From: Nanobdellota archaeon
GTDB taxonomy: Archaea; Nanobdellota; Nanobdellia; UBA10117; ARS21
Assembly (NCBI GenBank): GCA_014239585.1
Contig: JAAZYP010000001.1
Coordinates: forward strand, 111,421-175,420
DNA length: 64,000 nt
Direction of reading: 5' to 3'
Shown: positions 9,553-19,661 of the stretch, piece by piece
Layout of the letters: every line of letters starts with the position of its first letter
Position numbering within the stretch: position 1 is the first letter of the stretch
The notes under the pieces: generated by a model
Told to the model about the DNA's origin: nothing
Database searches by the model: none
The model's input: the letters and a program-made list of their open reading frames with translations, nothing else
Position numbers and translations under genes: made by a program

Positions 9553-11213
9553 TGCCAACCATAGATATACACAAACAAGATTTGGAAGAATTAACTGGGC
9601 GAAAATTTACAGTTTCAGAGTTAGCAGAAGTTGCACAATACTTCAAAGGCGAAGTTGAATCAGCTGATGGACATAATATAAAATTAGAAATAAAATCAAC
9701 AGATCGTCCAGACTTGTGGAATGTTGAAGGTATTGCAAGAGTTTTGAGGGCACATTATTCTAAAAATCAAGGAGTTCCAAAATATAAAGCAAAATCGCCA
9801 AAAACAACAATTAATGTTTCTAAAAAAGTTAAAGGAATAAGACCACACATTGCCGCAGCAATAGTTCGAAATATAAAAATTGATGATTTTAGTTTAAGAC
9901 AATTAATCCAAACTCAAGAAAAAATTGCTGGAACATTTGGAAGAAAACGAAGAGAAGTTGCAATAGGAATTTTTAATTTAGACAAATTAACAGCTCCGTT
10001 ATTATACACTGCAGAAAAACCCGACAAAATTAAATTTGAACCACTTGATTTAGGGAAAGAAATGACAATGGCAGAAGTTTTAGAAATTCATCCAAAAGGG
10101 AAAGAATTTGGACATTTAGTTAAACCATTTGCACATTATCCAATTATTATCGATGCAGACAATAAAGTGGTATCTATGCCCCCGATAATAAATTCAGAAC
10201 ATTCCGGAAAAGTTACAACGCGCAGTAAAAATTTACTGATTGAAGTAACTGGATTGGAAATGAGATATGTGGAAACTGCATTAAATATTTTAGCAATGTC
10301 TCTTGCAGATCGAGGCGGAACAATTGAACAAGTAAATATTTCTGATGCAAATGGAACTACAATAGTTACACCGACTTTCGGAGTAAAAGATATGTCGGTT
10401 CCTAAATCTCTAATAAATAGAACATTTGGAAGACATGTTTCAGATTCAGAGATTAAATCGTTATTATTGAAAAGTAGATATGATATTAATCATATTGACA
10501 AAACCAAATCGGGACATGCACACATCGAATATCCGTCTTATCGGCAAGATATAATGCATCCAATAGATGTCGTCGAAGATATGTTAATTTCATACGGATA
10601 TAATAATATTGAACCAATTTATCCAATAATGTCAACACAAGGTAAATTAAGCAAAGAAACAAATAGAAATAAAAGGATTAGAGAGTTAATGGTTGGAACG
10701 GGCGCACAGGAAATTACAACATTTATTTTAACAAATAAAACTAATCTATTTCAAAAAATGAATTTAACTGAAGATAATATTGTTGAACTAACAAATCCAG
10801 TATCCTCCAATTGGTCAACGCTTAGAAATTGGTTAGCACCGTCTTTGGTTGAATTTCTTTCTAAAAATACAAAAGTAGATTATCCGCAAAGAATTTTCGA
10901 ATTAGGTCAAGTTGTAAATTTGAATAAACGTTCAGAAACAGGAACAATTGATGAATACAAATTAGCGTACGCTGAAGCCGGATCTAAAGTAAATTTTACT
11001 CGCGCAAAATCAATATTACAATCAATTATTCGAGCTACAGGAAAATCTCCAACGTTTATTACCCAAGACTACCCAAGTTTTATTCCGGGACGTAGTGCAG
11101 AAGTTAAACTAGGTGAAAAATCAATTGGAATAATTGGAGAACTTCATCCTAAAGTATTAACTAATTGGAAAATTGAAGTGCCCGTTGTTTGTTGGGAAAT
11201 CAAATCTATTTAG
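9522..11213 (+). CDS. pheT: phenylalanyl-tRNA synthetase beta subunit
   Basis: 563-aa ORF overlapping pheS end; B3/B4 and B5 domain-like regions typical of archaeal PheT. Confidence 0.85.
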   Translation: MVKKARSDRIMPTIDIHKQDLEELTGRKFTVSELAEVAQYFKGEVESADGHNIKLEIKSTDRPDLWNVEGIARVLRAHYSKNQGVPKYKAKSPKTTINVSKKVKGIRPHIAAAIVRNIKIDDFSLRQLIQTQEKIAGTFGRKRREVAIGIFNLDKLTAPLLYTAEKPDKIKFEPLDLGKEMTMAEVLEIHPKGKEFGHLVKPFAHYPIIIDADNKVVSMPPIINSEHSGKVTTRSKNLLIEVTGLEMRYVETALNILAMSLADRGGTIEQVNISDANGTTIVTPTFGVKDMSVPKSLINRTFGRHVSDSEIKSLLLKSRYDINHIDKTKSGHAHIEYPSYRQDIMHPIDVVEDMLISYGYNNIEPIYPIMSTQGKLSKETNRNKRIRELMVGTGAQEITTFILTNKTNLFQKMNLTEDNIVELTNPVSSNWSTLRNWLAPSLVEFLSKNTKVDYPQRIFELGQVVNLNKRSETGTIDEYKLAYAEAGSKVNFTRAKSILQSIIRATGKSPTFITQDYPSFIPGRSAEVKLGEKSIGIIGELHPKVLTNWKIEVPVVCWEIKSI

Positions 11214-11215
11214 TT

Positions 11216-11821
11216 ATGTCATTAATTATCGGAATAGGTGGAGGATCGGGATCAGGAAAAACAACGCTTGCAAATGAATTTGAATCAGAAATAACAATTC
11301 TTCATCAAGACGATTTCTTCAAAAATGGTGAAAAATTTCCGCAATATAACGGATTCAAAAATATGGAACATCCTTCATGTTTAAATTTAGATTTATTTTA
11401 TGAATCACTAGATAATCTAAAGAATGGAAATCTGATCGAGATACCAATTTTTGATTTAGAGAAGAGTGTTCAAATTGGATCAAAAATTATTGAACCAACC
11501 TCTGCAATTATTGTGGAAGGTTTTAACTTATATTTAACGCCAAAACTCAGATCGTTATATGATGTTAGTTTTTTTCTAAGAACAAATTTTGAAACTCAAT
11601 ATGAACGAAGAAAATTACGCGATTTTAAATTAGATCGTAAATATTTTGATAATGTAATGGTTCCGATGTATAGGTTAAATATTTCCCCAACAATTGGATT
11701 TTGCGATTATATTTTGGATGGAGAAAAAGATAAAGAAAATATCAAAAAAGAATTTACTCAATACTTGGAGTCATATTTAACCAATAATGATCTTGAAAAT
11801 CTAATGGAATTATTTAATTGA
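11216..11821 (+). CDS. udk: uridine kinase / phosphoribulokinase-family P-loop kinase
   Basis: IIGIGGGSGSGKTT Walker A identical in pattern to Udk. Start moved to ATG 11216, just after the pheT stop; the track ORF starts upstream at 11189. Confidence 0.65.
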   Translation: MSLIIGIGGGSGSGKTTLANEFESEITILHQDDFFKNGEKFPQYNGFKNMEHPSCLNLDLFYESLDNLKNGNLIEIPIFDLEKSVQIGSKIIEPTSAIIVEGFNLYLTPKLRSLYDVSFFLRTNFETQYERRKLRDFKLDRKYFDNVMVPMYRLNISPTIGFCDYILDGEKDKENIKKEFTQYLESYLTNNDLENLMELFN

Positions 11822-13360
11822 ATTTAATAATTTTTTAACTTTAGTTCCACCTATCGCTAAAATAAAAGGTGCCAATCTAGGACCTGCATTTTTACTAATT
11901 AAAATTTGATAAATTACTGGAAAGAAAGTTTTAGCATTCAAATTATTGGCTGCCATAATGTTCGGAAATTTAGAATATAATTGTTCTTCACTTAAATCAT
12001 TAGATAATATTTTAACTAAATCTTTAATTCCAGATCGCTGATTAATTGTCAATTTTAGTTTTGGAGCTTGTTTATTTAGTGTAAATTTATATCTATCCGT
12101 CGCAAATTTATTAATCCAGTTCTTCGCACATTCTAAAACATCGGAATACCGGTCTTGATCTTGTTTAGTTTTAACACCGGTTGAAGAGAGTGCTTTTGAA
12201 ACAACTCCATAAATATTGATCAGTTCAACACAATGTTTGAAAGATGGCTGAATTGGCATTTTTTTAGGAACTTTATCTATTACGGACATTCGATAAACTC
12301 TTTCTTGCTGAGTTTGTTCCTTTTTACTAACATTTTCGTTTCCAAATGCAACTCTCTCAGTATAATAAAAATCATCATAGTGTTTGAAAATTCCTTCATC
12401 CATTGGATAAAATATTTCAGTTTTTGAAGTTCGTCCTGCAAACGTATATCTTGCAAGTTCAGGAATATAAAATTTCAAAACATCCTTTAGTGATTGTACA
12501 TTCCCCGCAGATGAAGACATTTTTCCAGTTCCACCTTTCATATTTATGAAATCATACATAACATAATCGGGCGCGACCCAATCAAATAACTCTACAATTT
12601 CTTTACCAACTGTAAATGAACTTCCCGGTGTTGAATGATCTTTACCTCCGGGTTCAAAATCAACTTTCTCATATGCCCATCGCATCGGCCAATCTGCTTT
12701 CCAAAATAGTTTTACTAAACCTTTTTTTCTAAAATCAAAAGTGTTCTTTTTTCCACATTTACAAGAATATGATATTGAAAATTTGTGGTCATAATCCAAA
12801 ATTTTAGTATTATCGCTTAAACATTTTTCACAATAAACATATCCAGGATACCAATTTTTAGATAAAGGTTCTTTGCGATATTTATCTAAAATTTTACGGA
12901 TAATATCTCGATTCCGAAATGCAGTTTTTATTCCGTTAGAATAAACGCACTTAGGATATTTTTTACCTTGATTGATGAACTCGGGATAAATACCGACTAA
13001 TTTGACGCTGTCCTCTAATTCTGCTTCTAAATATTCAGCATAAGATTTATGTTTAGTTTCAAAAACATTTGGAACTTGGATTACCGGAATACCTAAATTT
13101 TTTTTCAAAATATTTTGTTTAGGCATATTTTTGGGAATTTTTCTAAATCGATCAAAATCATCCCACGAATAAATAAATCTAACTTTTGCTCCGGCATCTT
13201 TCAATGCTCTACCGACCAGATCAGTAGTAATAATTTCTCTAAAATTACCGAAATGAATTGTTCCGGAGGGAGTTATTCCTGATGCAATTGTAAATTTATT
13301 TTTCTTTCTAGATTTAATTAATTTTTCGGCAATTTGATCAGCCCAATATTGAGACTTCAT
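11810..13360 (-). CDS. lysyl-tRNA synthetase, class I (archaeal type)
   Basis: TIASGITPSGTIHFGNFRE (class I HIGH-like HxGN) and KMSSSAGN (KMSKS-like), 516 aa. Confidence 0.85.
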   Translation of the reverse strand: MKSQYWADQIAEKLIKSRKKNKFTIASGITPSGTIHFGNFREIITTDLVGRALKDAGAKVRFIYSWDDFDRFRKIPKNMPKQNILKKNLGIPVIQVPNVFETKHKSYAEYLEAELEDSVKLVGIYPEFINQGKKYPKCVYSNGIKTAFRNRDIIRKILDKYRKEPLSKNWYPGYVYCEKCLSDNTKILDYDHKFSISYSCKCGKKNTFDFRKKGLVKLFWKADWPMRWAYEKVDFEPGGKDHSTPGSSFTVGKEIVELFDWVAPDYVMYDFINMKGGTGKMSSSAGNVQSLKDVLKFYIPELARYTFAGRTSKTEIFYPMDEGIFKHYDDFYYTERVAFGNENVSKKEQTQQERVYRMSVIDKVPKKMPIQPSFKHCVELINIYGVVSKALSSTGVKTKQDQDRYSDVLECAKNWINKFATDRYKFTLNKQAPKLKLTINQRSGIKDLVKILSNDLSEEQLYSKFPNIMAANNLNAKTFFPVIYQILISKNAGPRLAPFILAIGGTKVKKLLNSIK

Positions 13361-13391
13361 ATTTTAGTTCCTCATTCCAACTTCTTAAACT

Positions 13392-13628
13392 TTATCTCGA
13401 TATAACAATCGTCGAAGTTATAGTAACTCCTTTAATATTTCGAACAGTGTCGGAAATGAATCCATCTAATGCAGCAATTGAATCAACACCAACTTTTGCA
13501 ATTATATCCCATTCTCCAAATAATTCATAAACTGAATTAACTTCATCTAAATCGGCCAATCTACCGTATACGTTTCGTTCAAAACCAACTTCGGCTTGAA
13601 TTAATAGAAATGCTTCCACATCTGTCAT
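13392..13628 (-). CDS. stand-alone Lrp/AsnC C-terminal (RAM) domain protein
   Basis: 78 aa; the FLLIQAEVG...VYELFGEWDIIAKV pattern resembles the AsnC ligand-binding domain. Confidence 0.5.
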   Translation of the reverse strand: MTDVEAFLLIQAEVGFERNVYGRLADLDEVNSVYELFGEWDIIAKVGVDSIAALDGFISDTVRNIKGVTITSTIVISR

Positions 13629-13735
13629 TTTAAATTCTCCAAAATTCCGACTACAATAAAATTACTTAATCTTGGGATAATCAATCCTAGTAGTCATAAA
13701 TAAATATTACAGATTTAATTTAAAAAATGATGGAT

Positions 13736-13951
13736 TTACTTCTCAAGTTTCATATGGATTATTGTTCCAATTCCGAATGCAATTGACATAAGAAAAAAAG
13801 AAGCAGTATCATTAAACAAATGCTCTTCAGAAAGACCCAGAATCGGATTACTTGTTAATGCAACAATTGATGCGCCCAAAAATGCAACGATTCCAAGCAT
13901 TGCTGCGATCAAAGATATCCAATGTAAAATTGGGGACCATTTTATTGTCAT
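13736..13951 (-). CDS. small two-TM membrane protein
   Basis: 71-aa hydrophobic ORF. Confidence 0.35.
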   Translation of the reverse strand: MTIKWSPILHWISLIAAMLGIVAFLGASIVALTSNPILGLSEEHLFNDTASFFLMSIAFGIGTIIHMKLEK

Positions 13952-13985
13952 ATAATTTTAATACGAAACTTAGATAAAAGGTTAA

Positions 13986-14060
13986 CGGGCCTGACAGGAT
14001 TTGAACCCGCGACACCGAGGTTAAAAGCCTCGTGCTCTAACCAGACTGAGCTACAAGCCC
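13986..14060 (-). tRNA. tRNA-Lys (anticodon TTT)
   Basis: Reverse complement: acceptor GGGCUUG/CAGGCCC, D-arm AGCUCAGUCUGGUUAGAGC, anticodon stem CGAGG/CCUCG with loop CUUUUAA. Confidence 0.85.
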
Positions 14061-14105
14061 GCTAAGGAATATGGATAAAATTAGTTTATAAATTTGTCGA
14101 TGAAC

Positions 14106-14351
14106 TTAGGTTCGGTCTCGATTTCCGCGACCTTTAGCTGATTTTGGAGCCAATCTTTTCAGATTAATTCCTTTGAATGCTCCAAAAAATCTTTTATTTT
14201 GCCAAGAATATCTTCTGATTTTTTTAGTTGCACCAAATCCGCAAGTTGCACATTCTTTATGTTGTGCATGATAAGTGTGTCCGCCGCATCTTCTACAGAT
14301 AACGTGTGTTTTCTTACCACTTCTCTTTCCCTTAGATGGTGTTCCTTTCAT
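14106..14351 (-). CDS. rpl37e: ribosomal protein L37e
   Basis: C4 zinc ribbon CRRCGG...CATCG and basic tails typical of L37e. Confidence 0.85.
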   Translation of the reverse strand: MKGTPSKGKRSGKKTHVICRRCGGHTYHAQHKECATCGFGATKKIRRYSWQNKRFFGAFKGINLKRLAPKSAKGRGNRDRT

Positions 14352-14385
14352 GTGTCTTCAAAAGCAATTTGATTTAAAAAAGTAA

Positions 14386-14601
14386 CTAATTAGTCATACT
14401 TAAATGAACAACCATATCTCCTCGAATAAAGAGTTGGCTATGTTTATTTTTTTCACCATTTGTTTCTTCTGCATCAGATAATACCAAATTAATGTGTATA
14501 TCAAAAGCATCCAATTTTCCCTTTACGACAGAATTGTTCTTAAGTGCAACAGTGATAATTTTACCCTTTGCTTTGCTTAATGCGTCTAATGGACGTTCCA
14601 T
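14386..14601 (-). CDS. Sm-like (LSm) archaeal protein
   Basis: 71 aa with Sm1/Sm2-like motifs (VVKGKLDAFDIHINLVL, IRGDMVVHL). Confidence 0.75.
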   Translation of the reverse strand: MERPLDALSKAKGKIITVALKNNSVVKGKLDAFDIHINLVLSDAEETNGEKNKHSQLFIRGDMVVHLSMTN

Positions 14602-14648
14602 TGTAAGATCGTATAAAAGGAAATTTATATAAATGCTTTTCTTTATTC

Positions 14649-15035
14649 GTGTTTATGGCAAAATCCAAAGTAAGATCATTAAGAAAACCTTCTGGAGCAA
14701 GATACGGAAAAATGTATCGAAAGAAGAAGTTAATCGATCTAATGGGAATTCCGACATTTACACATGTTGCGGAAACTGTTCGAACTAAAATTAAAAGAGT
14801 TCGAGGCGGAAATAAAGTACATGCGTTAGTTAACGTGAGTCACGCAAATGTAACTGATGGAAAGAAAACATTTAAAGTAAAAATAAAGTCTGTTTTAGAA
14901 AATCCTGCAAGTCGACACTTTGTAAGACAAAATGTTGTAACTAAGGGAGCAATTATCGATACGGCAAAAGGTAAAGCAAGAGTAACTTCTAGACCTTCAA
15001 AACAAAATATCGTTAATGCGGTTTTGGTTAAATAA
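14649..15035 (+). CDS. rps8e: ribosomal protein S8e
   Basis: N-terminal SKVRSLRKPSGARYGK and KRVRGGN motifs characteristic of S8e. Confidence 0.8.
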   Translation: MFMAKSKVRSLRKPSGARYGKMYRKKKLIDLMGIPTFTHVAETVRTKIKRVRGGNKVHALVNVSHANVTDGKKTFKVKIKSVLENPASRHFVRQNVVTKGAIIDTAKGKARVTSRPSKQNIVNAVLVK

Positions 15036-15067
15036 AATCTTTTATAGAATATCCAAAATTTAGAGGT

Positions 15068-15619
15068 ATGACTTTGTCTGATGGTACAATTAAAGATTAT
15101 CTCGATTCTGGAAAAATATCAATTGATCCATTAGAGCTCAATCAAATACAGCCGGCATCAATCGATTTAACATTAGATAACAATTTTTTAGTTATCGATG
15201 ATTTTTTGAAAGAATCAATTTCAATGACTGATGAAATCAAATACCGTGAAATAAAATCTGACTCAATAGTTATACCGCCAAAATCATTCATTCTCGCGAC
15301 AACGAGGGAGTATGTTAAGATTCCAAACGACTTAGTTGCTTTTGTTGAAGGCAGAAGTTCAATTGGCCGAATGGGACTTTTCATACAAAATGCAGGATGG
15401 GTTGACCCAGGTTTTGAAGGTCAAATTACTCTTGAATTATTTAATGCCAATCAAGTTCCAATACGTGTTGATTCGGGCAGAAGAATTTGTCAGTTAGTTT
15501 TTTCAAAATTAGACAAACCTGTAGATAAACCTTATTCCGGTAAATATAAAGGTCAGACTGGAACAACTGGAAGTCGAGTTTATCTAGATGAAGAACTTCA
15601 ATCTGAAAAAGAAGCATAG
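15068..15619 (+). CDS. dcd: dCTP deaminase
   Basis: 183 aa; PASIDLTLDNNF and VEGRSSIGRMGLF motifs of the dCTP deaminase/dUTPase fold. Confidence 0.8.
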   Translation: MTLSDGTIKDYLDSGKISIDPLELNQIQPASIDLTLDNNFLVIDDFLKESISMTDEIKYREIKSDSIVIPPKSFILATTREYVKIPNDLVAFVEGRSSIGRMGLFIQNAGWVDPGFEGQITLELFNANQVPIRVDSGRRICQLVFSKLDKPVDKPYSGKYKGQTGTTGSRVYLDEELQSEKEA

Positions 15620-15673
15620 ATGCTTTGATAGTCACTTCGTTATTCTTTTAAAGCCCGAAAATCCGAGCAAATT

Positions 15674-16897
15674 ATGACTAAAATACAGGATAAAATTATT
15701 GATGAGAATCATTTTCGTATTCGAATAGATGCAGATAAACATAGTTTTCCAACCCATAAAAAGGGCGGAAGCGATGCATTGAATGAAATCAAAAAACAAC
15801 TTGGAGCTGAATTTGGAATAGATAATGTTAGTGCTCATCCACACCATGATAAATCTCATTTTAAAATTAAAGTTAGACGAGAAGATATACCTATCATTAA
15901 ACAAATTATTTCTAACACAAACGGATTAGAACTTACTAATCGAACATTTCAATTTCAGGGCGAGTCAATAAAATCAGAATCAGTGATAAAAGTATTATTG
16001 GGACTGGGAGACAAAGTTGAGGCATTAACTGAAAGAAATGATGATTTAATTTATCAACGAGATAAAGTTTTCGAAGACTATGCAAACAATGAGTCAAAAC
16101 TAATTGATTTAGGAGCAGATTATACGCGTGTTGAACAACAAAGAGATGAAGCTCGAGCTGCAGCAAATAATCCTCCGCGAAGACAAATAATTATTGAACC
16201 CAAGAATAAAGATGAAATCCCAAGATTACGGCGCGAAGTTTCTAGTTTAGAAGAAACCATAAAAAATACTAAAAAATTAGATAAAAATTTTATTAAATAT
16301 TTTGAATATGATGAAAAATATGATAATGCAGCAAATGAAGCCACTGCGTTATATAAACGAGCAGGAATTGAAATTCAAATTCGAGATGTTAAATATTTAT
16401 CTTCTACCGAAATACTTAATCAAAATACTAATTTTGGAAGTAGACGTAACTTGGCTAAATCCAAGAATAGTTTAGAAAATAAAATTAGAGATATAGGAAA
16501 TTTTAACCGAGACGAACAAGAAACTGAAATGGGAGATGCCGGAAGAATAAACGAATACGGTGAAGAAATAATTAGTTCTTATACGTTGGGTGAATTAATC
16601 ACTGCGGAAGAAATTCCAGATTTATTTACGCTTGGCACTGACGAATATTTGCCAACTAAAGAGAGAACAGCACAATTGAAATCTGTGTTTGGAAGAAAAG
16701 CAAAGGAAATAAACAAACGATTAACGAGACATTTTACCGCATTAAGGAAACTTAATGAAAAGGATGAACATTTTGACGACATAAAAGAACAAATCCAATA
16801 TCTGGATCGAGTTCAAAAAGCTGTACGAGTGCACGAAAACATGATTAAATATCGTTCTGAACGAGACAGATTTAAATCTCGAATTGAAAATGGATGA
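15674..16897 (+). CDS. hypothetical coiled-coil protein
   Basis: 407-aa ORF with no recognisable catalytic motif. Its stop overlaps the start of the next ORF, so the two are translationally coupled. Confidence 0.5.
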   Translation: MTKIQDKIIDENHFRIRIDADKHSFPTHKKGGSDALNEIKKQLGAEFGIDNVSAHPHHDKSHFKIKVRREDIPIIKQIISNTNGLELTNRTFQFQGESIKSESVIKVLLGLGDKVEALTERNDDLIYQRDKVFEDYANNESKLIDLGADYTRVEQQRDEARAAANNPPRRQIIIEPKNKDEIPRLRREVSSLEETIKNTKKLDKNFIKYFEYDEKYDNAANEATALYKRAGIEIQIRDVKYLSSTEILNQNTNFGSRRNLAKSKNSLENKIRDIGNFNRDEQETEMGDAGRINEYGEEIISSYTLGELITAEEIPDLFTLGTDEYLPTKERTAQLKSVFGRKAKEINKRLTRHFTALRKLNEKDEHFDDIKEQIQYLDRVQKAVRVHENMIKYRSERDRFKSRIENG

Positions 16898-17363
16898 GTT
16901 TAAAGAAAAAGCAATAGAATTGAGAAAACGATTAACAAGCAGATTAGAAACTTTCGAAAGTGATCTTAAATATTTTATTTCAGGAGAGGGAAGAGAAGAA
17001 GTAGATAATTTAATAGATTTAAGTTATCGCGCTATAATTAATCCTGCAGATTTACGAATAAGTTTAGTAGATGAAGTAATTTTCGATTTAGAACGAATAA
17101 CTTTACATCATTCCTCAAATCAAGATTTTGCAGGTGGAGAAGATATAGCGTATTCATTATGCACGGATGACGTTGGAAATCTATCTCGAGAATTAGATGT
17201 TTATTTACTATCTAATAATTGGACTGAATCATTAACATCAAATATTGACGAAGTATATAAATTTCTAAAAGCCCATAATTTTGATCCGTTAGATCTAAAA
17301 CCTGCAATTGAATCACGAATTTTGGAGATTTATTCAACGCAGTTAGGCGATTTTGAAGAGTAA
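16884..17363 (+). CDS. hypothetical acidic protein, coupled to the upstream ORF
   Basis: 159-aa ORF with a 14-nt start/stop overlap. Confidence 0.45.
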   Translation: MKMDEFKEKAIELRKRLTSRLETFESDLKYFISGEGREEVDNLIDLSYRAIINPADLRISLVDEVIFDLERITLHHSSNQDFAGGEDIAYSLCTDDVGNLSRELDVYLLSNNWTESLTSNIDEVYKFLKAHNFDPLDLKPAIESRILEIYSTQLGDFEE

Positions 17364-17389
17364 TCAACAAGTTTTTAAACGAAACTCAT

Positions 17390-17662
17390 ATGTCAATATT
17401 TATGGAAGCAATTATATCTGCATATCGAGGATCATATAAAACTCAAGTAAATAATCAAATGATTCTAATTCCGGAAGGCATAAACAGCAAAGAAGAGGCT
17501 GCAAAATTACACGGTAAAAAGGCAGTTTGGACAACTCCGTCAGGTAATAAAATTGAAGGTATAATCACAAAGCCGCACGGAAATAAAGGTGCAGTTCGAG
17601 TTAGATTCGATCAAGGCGGACTTCCAGGACAAGCTTTGGGAACAAAGATTTCTATTGAATAA
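17390..17662 (+). CDS. rpl35ae: ribosomal protein L35Ae
   Basis: 90 aa, GKKAVWTTPSGNKIEGIITKPHGNKGAVRVRF pattern of L35Ae. Confidence 0.75.
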   Translation: MSIFMEAIISAYRGSYKTQVNNQMILIPEGINSKEEAAKLHGKKAVWTTPSGNKIEGIITKPHGNKGAVRVRFDQGGLPGQALGTKISIE

Positions 17663-17729
17663 TCTTCAATAAACCTTTTATTAATTCAGAGTATAGTTAG
17701 TTGTACATCTTAGAAGTTAGTACATAGTG

Positions 17730-17745
17730 TATTCACTCGTGAATA
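17730..17745. promoter_or_regulatory. perfect inverted repeat TATTCAC-tc-GTGAATA upstream of 17792 gene
   Basis: 7-bp arms with a 2-nt spacer, 45 bp upstream of the ATG; flanked by the AGTTGTACAT / AGTTAGTACAT direct half-sites. Confidence 0.3.
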
Positions 17746-17791
17746 ATAACATCACCGTTAACCTTTTAAATAAAAACGTAATTAATTAGTT

Positions 17792-18106
17792 ATGGCTAGA
17801 AAGACAGTAAAATTTGAAGACAAGTTAGCAGTTATTCGTGTTAAAAAGACCTATGCTGCACCGTTTTTGAAGTATAAATATGTTTATGTGTCTAGAGGCG
17901 ATATTAAGGATAGAAATAAGTTCAAATCTAAGATTGATAAGATTGCTGCAAGTTGGCCACCAAGCATATATTTACTGAAACATCCGTCAGGCAAGATTTT
18001 TGCAAGATTTAGAGTATCTGAAGGTAAAATGACTTTACTTTACAAAACATCACCTTCAACCGGAAATTTATATCCAGTTTGGGAATTTTTCAAAGATTTA
18101 GCTTAA
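17792..18106 (+). CDS. hypothetical basic protein
   Basis: 104-aa ORF immediately upstream of trm1. Confidence 0.45.
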   Translation: MARKTVKFEDKLAVIRVKKTYAAPFLKYKYVYVSRGDIKDRNKFKSKIDKIAASWPPSIYLLKHPSGKIFARFRVSEGKMTLLYKTSPSTGNLYPVWEFFKDLA

Positions 18107-18135
18107 AGTTTTAAGGTTAGTCGATAATAGTTAAT

Positions 18136-19224
18136 ATGGATCTAGTCAGAGTTGTTGAAGGAACCACAAAATTTTATGTTCCTGATTCGGAAAAATATAA
18201 ACTTGATTCAAATATGCCCGTTTTTTTTAATTCAGTAATGAAATTAAATCGTGACATTGCTGTTGAAATTATTAAGAATTCCTTTAAAAAACCAAAAGTT
18301 TTGGATTTATTGGCAGGAACTGGGGCAAAGGGTCTAAGAATCGCAAATGAACTCCCGAATTCGGCAGTTGTATTAAATGATGGCAATCCTCATGCAGCTA
18401 AATTAATTAAAAAGAATGCTAAATTGAATAAATTAAGTGTTGAAGTGTTCAATATGTCGGCAAATAAATTGCTGAAAAGTAGTAGAAAAAAATATGATTT
18501 CATAGATATAGATCCGTTCGGAACCCCAATTTCATTTTTAGAAGACTCGATAAAAAAATTAAGAAAAAATGGAATTTTAGGTGTAACTGCGACAGATACG
18601 TCAGCATTAGTTGGTACTTATCCTAAGGCATGTATGCGAAAATATGGTGCCAATATTCGACGAACTAAATTTATGTTTGAAGCAGGAATTAGAATTTTAA
18701 TTAAGAAAGTTGTTGAAGAAGGAATCAAGCAAAAAATTGCGCTGGAGCCAATCTTCAGTCATAGTTCAAATCATTATTTACGTGTTTATTTGAAACGAGT
18801 TGATAAAACTTTACCAACAATCAAGAAAAAAGTTAGACCACTTTTTTATTGTCAAAATTGTGCAAATTTTAAGATAAGTGAAGTTTTTACTACAAGTAAA
18901 AAACGCTGCGCATGTGGAGGATATTTTGAACAATTAGGACCCATGTGGATAGGGAATTTGTGGGATAAGAATCTTGTAGAAAAAATTGAGGGGAATAAAA
19001 CAATTGATTTGATTAAAGAAGAATCAAAATTGAATGTTTTAGGATATTTTGATTATCATTCAATCGCAAAACTAATTGAGAATAAAAAAGATTTACCAAA
19101 AATGTCAAAATTAATTGAACTGATAAAAAAGAAAGGGTACTCTGTTTCTAAAACACATTTTTCTCCAACAGGAATTCGATCAGATATTCCTCCGCGAACC
19201 TTTTTAAAACTCCTTACAAAATAA
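18136..19224 (+). CDS. trm1: tRNA (guanine26-N2)-dimethyltransferase
   Basis: LDLLAGTGAKGLRIANE SAM motif and CQNC...CACGG zinc ribbon typical of Trm1. Confidence 0.8.
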   Translation: MDLVRVVEGTTKFYVPDSEKYKLDSNMPVFFNSVMKLNRDIAVEIIKNSFKKPKVLDLLAGTGAKGLRIANELPNSAVVLNDGNPHAAKLIKKNAKLNKLSVEVFNMSANKLLKSSRKKYDFIDIDPFGTPISFLEDSIKKLRKNGILGVTATDTSALVGTYPKACMRKYGANIRRTKFMFEAGIRILIKKVVEEGIKQKIALEPIFSHSSNHYLRVYLKRVDKTLPTIKKKVRPLFYCQNCANFKISEVFTTSKKRCACGGYFEQLGPMWIGNLWDKNLVEKIEGNKTIDLIKEESKLNVLGYFDYHSIAKLIENKKDLPKMSKLIELIKKKGYSVSKTHFSPTGIRSDIPPRTFLKLLTK

Positions 19225-19256
19225 AAATTTAAATAGTTAGGAAGATTTCTGAGTGG

Positions 19257-19661
19257 ATGAGTTATAGATTAACCCCTGAAAATGGTACCAATCCTTTAAT
19301 TATTGAAGATAAATATATTGTGAGCTGTATTTTGAAATCTGATCCATCAAATGGAAAGGTAAGAAAAATTGAACAAATACATTCTACTGGTGCCGGACTA
19401 AATCTAGATTTCAAAGTTAAAATAAATAATCAAATTTACTCTGCAAATCTAACTACGAAAGGAAGAGAGAAAGTTATAATTTATACTGATCAGGCAGACT
19501 CAATTTTAGATTATGAATTATCTGCTGGAGAAGATATTTATGGAAATCCGGTAACTTTTGAAAATTTACGAACAGAAGTGATTGATAAAATTGCTCGCGC
19601 AGGTGAAACGGAGTTAATAACTCTAGAGAAAAAGATTTTTGGGCATCAAAATAGGTTATAA
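19257..19661 (+). CDS. hypothetical protein
   Basis: 134-aa ORF, no motif recognised. Confidence 0.45.
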   Translation: MSYRLTPENGTNPLIIEDKYIVSCILKSDPSNGKVRKIEQIHSTGAGLNLDFKVKINNQIYSANLTTKGREKVIIYTDQADSILDYELSAGEDIYGNPVTFENLRTEVIDKIARAGETELITLEKKIFGHQNRL

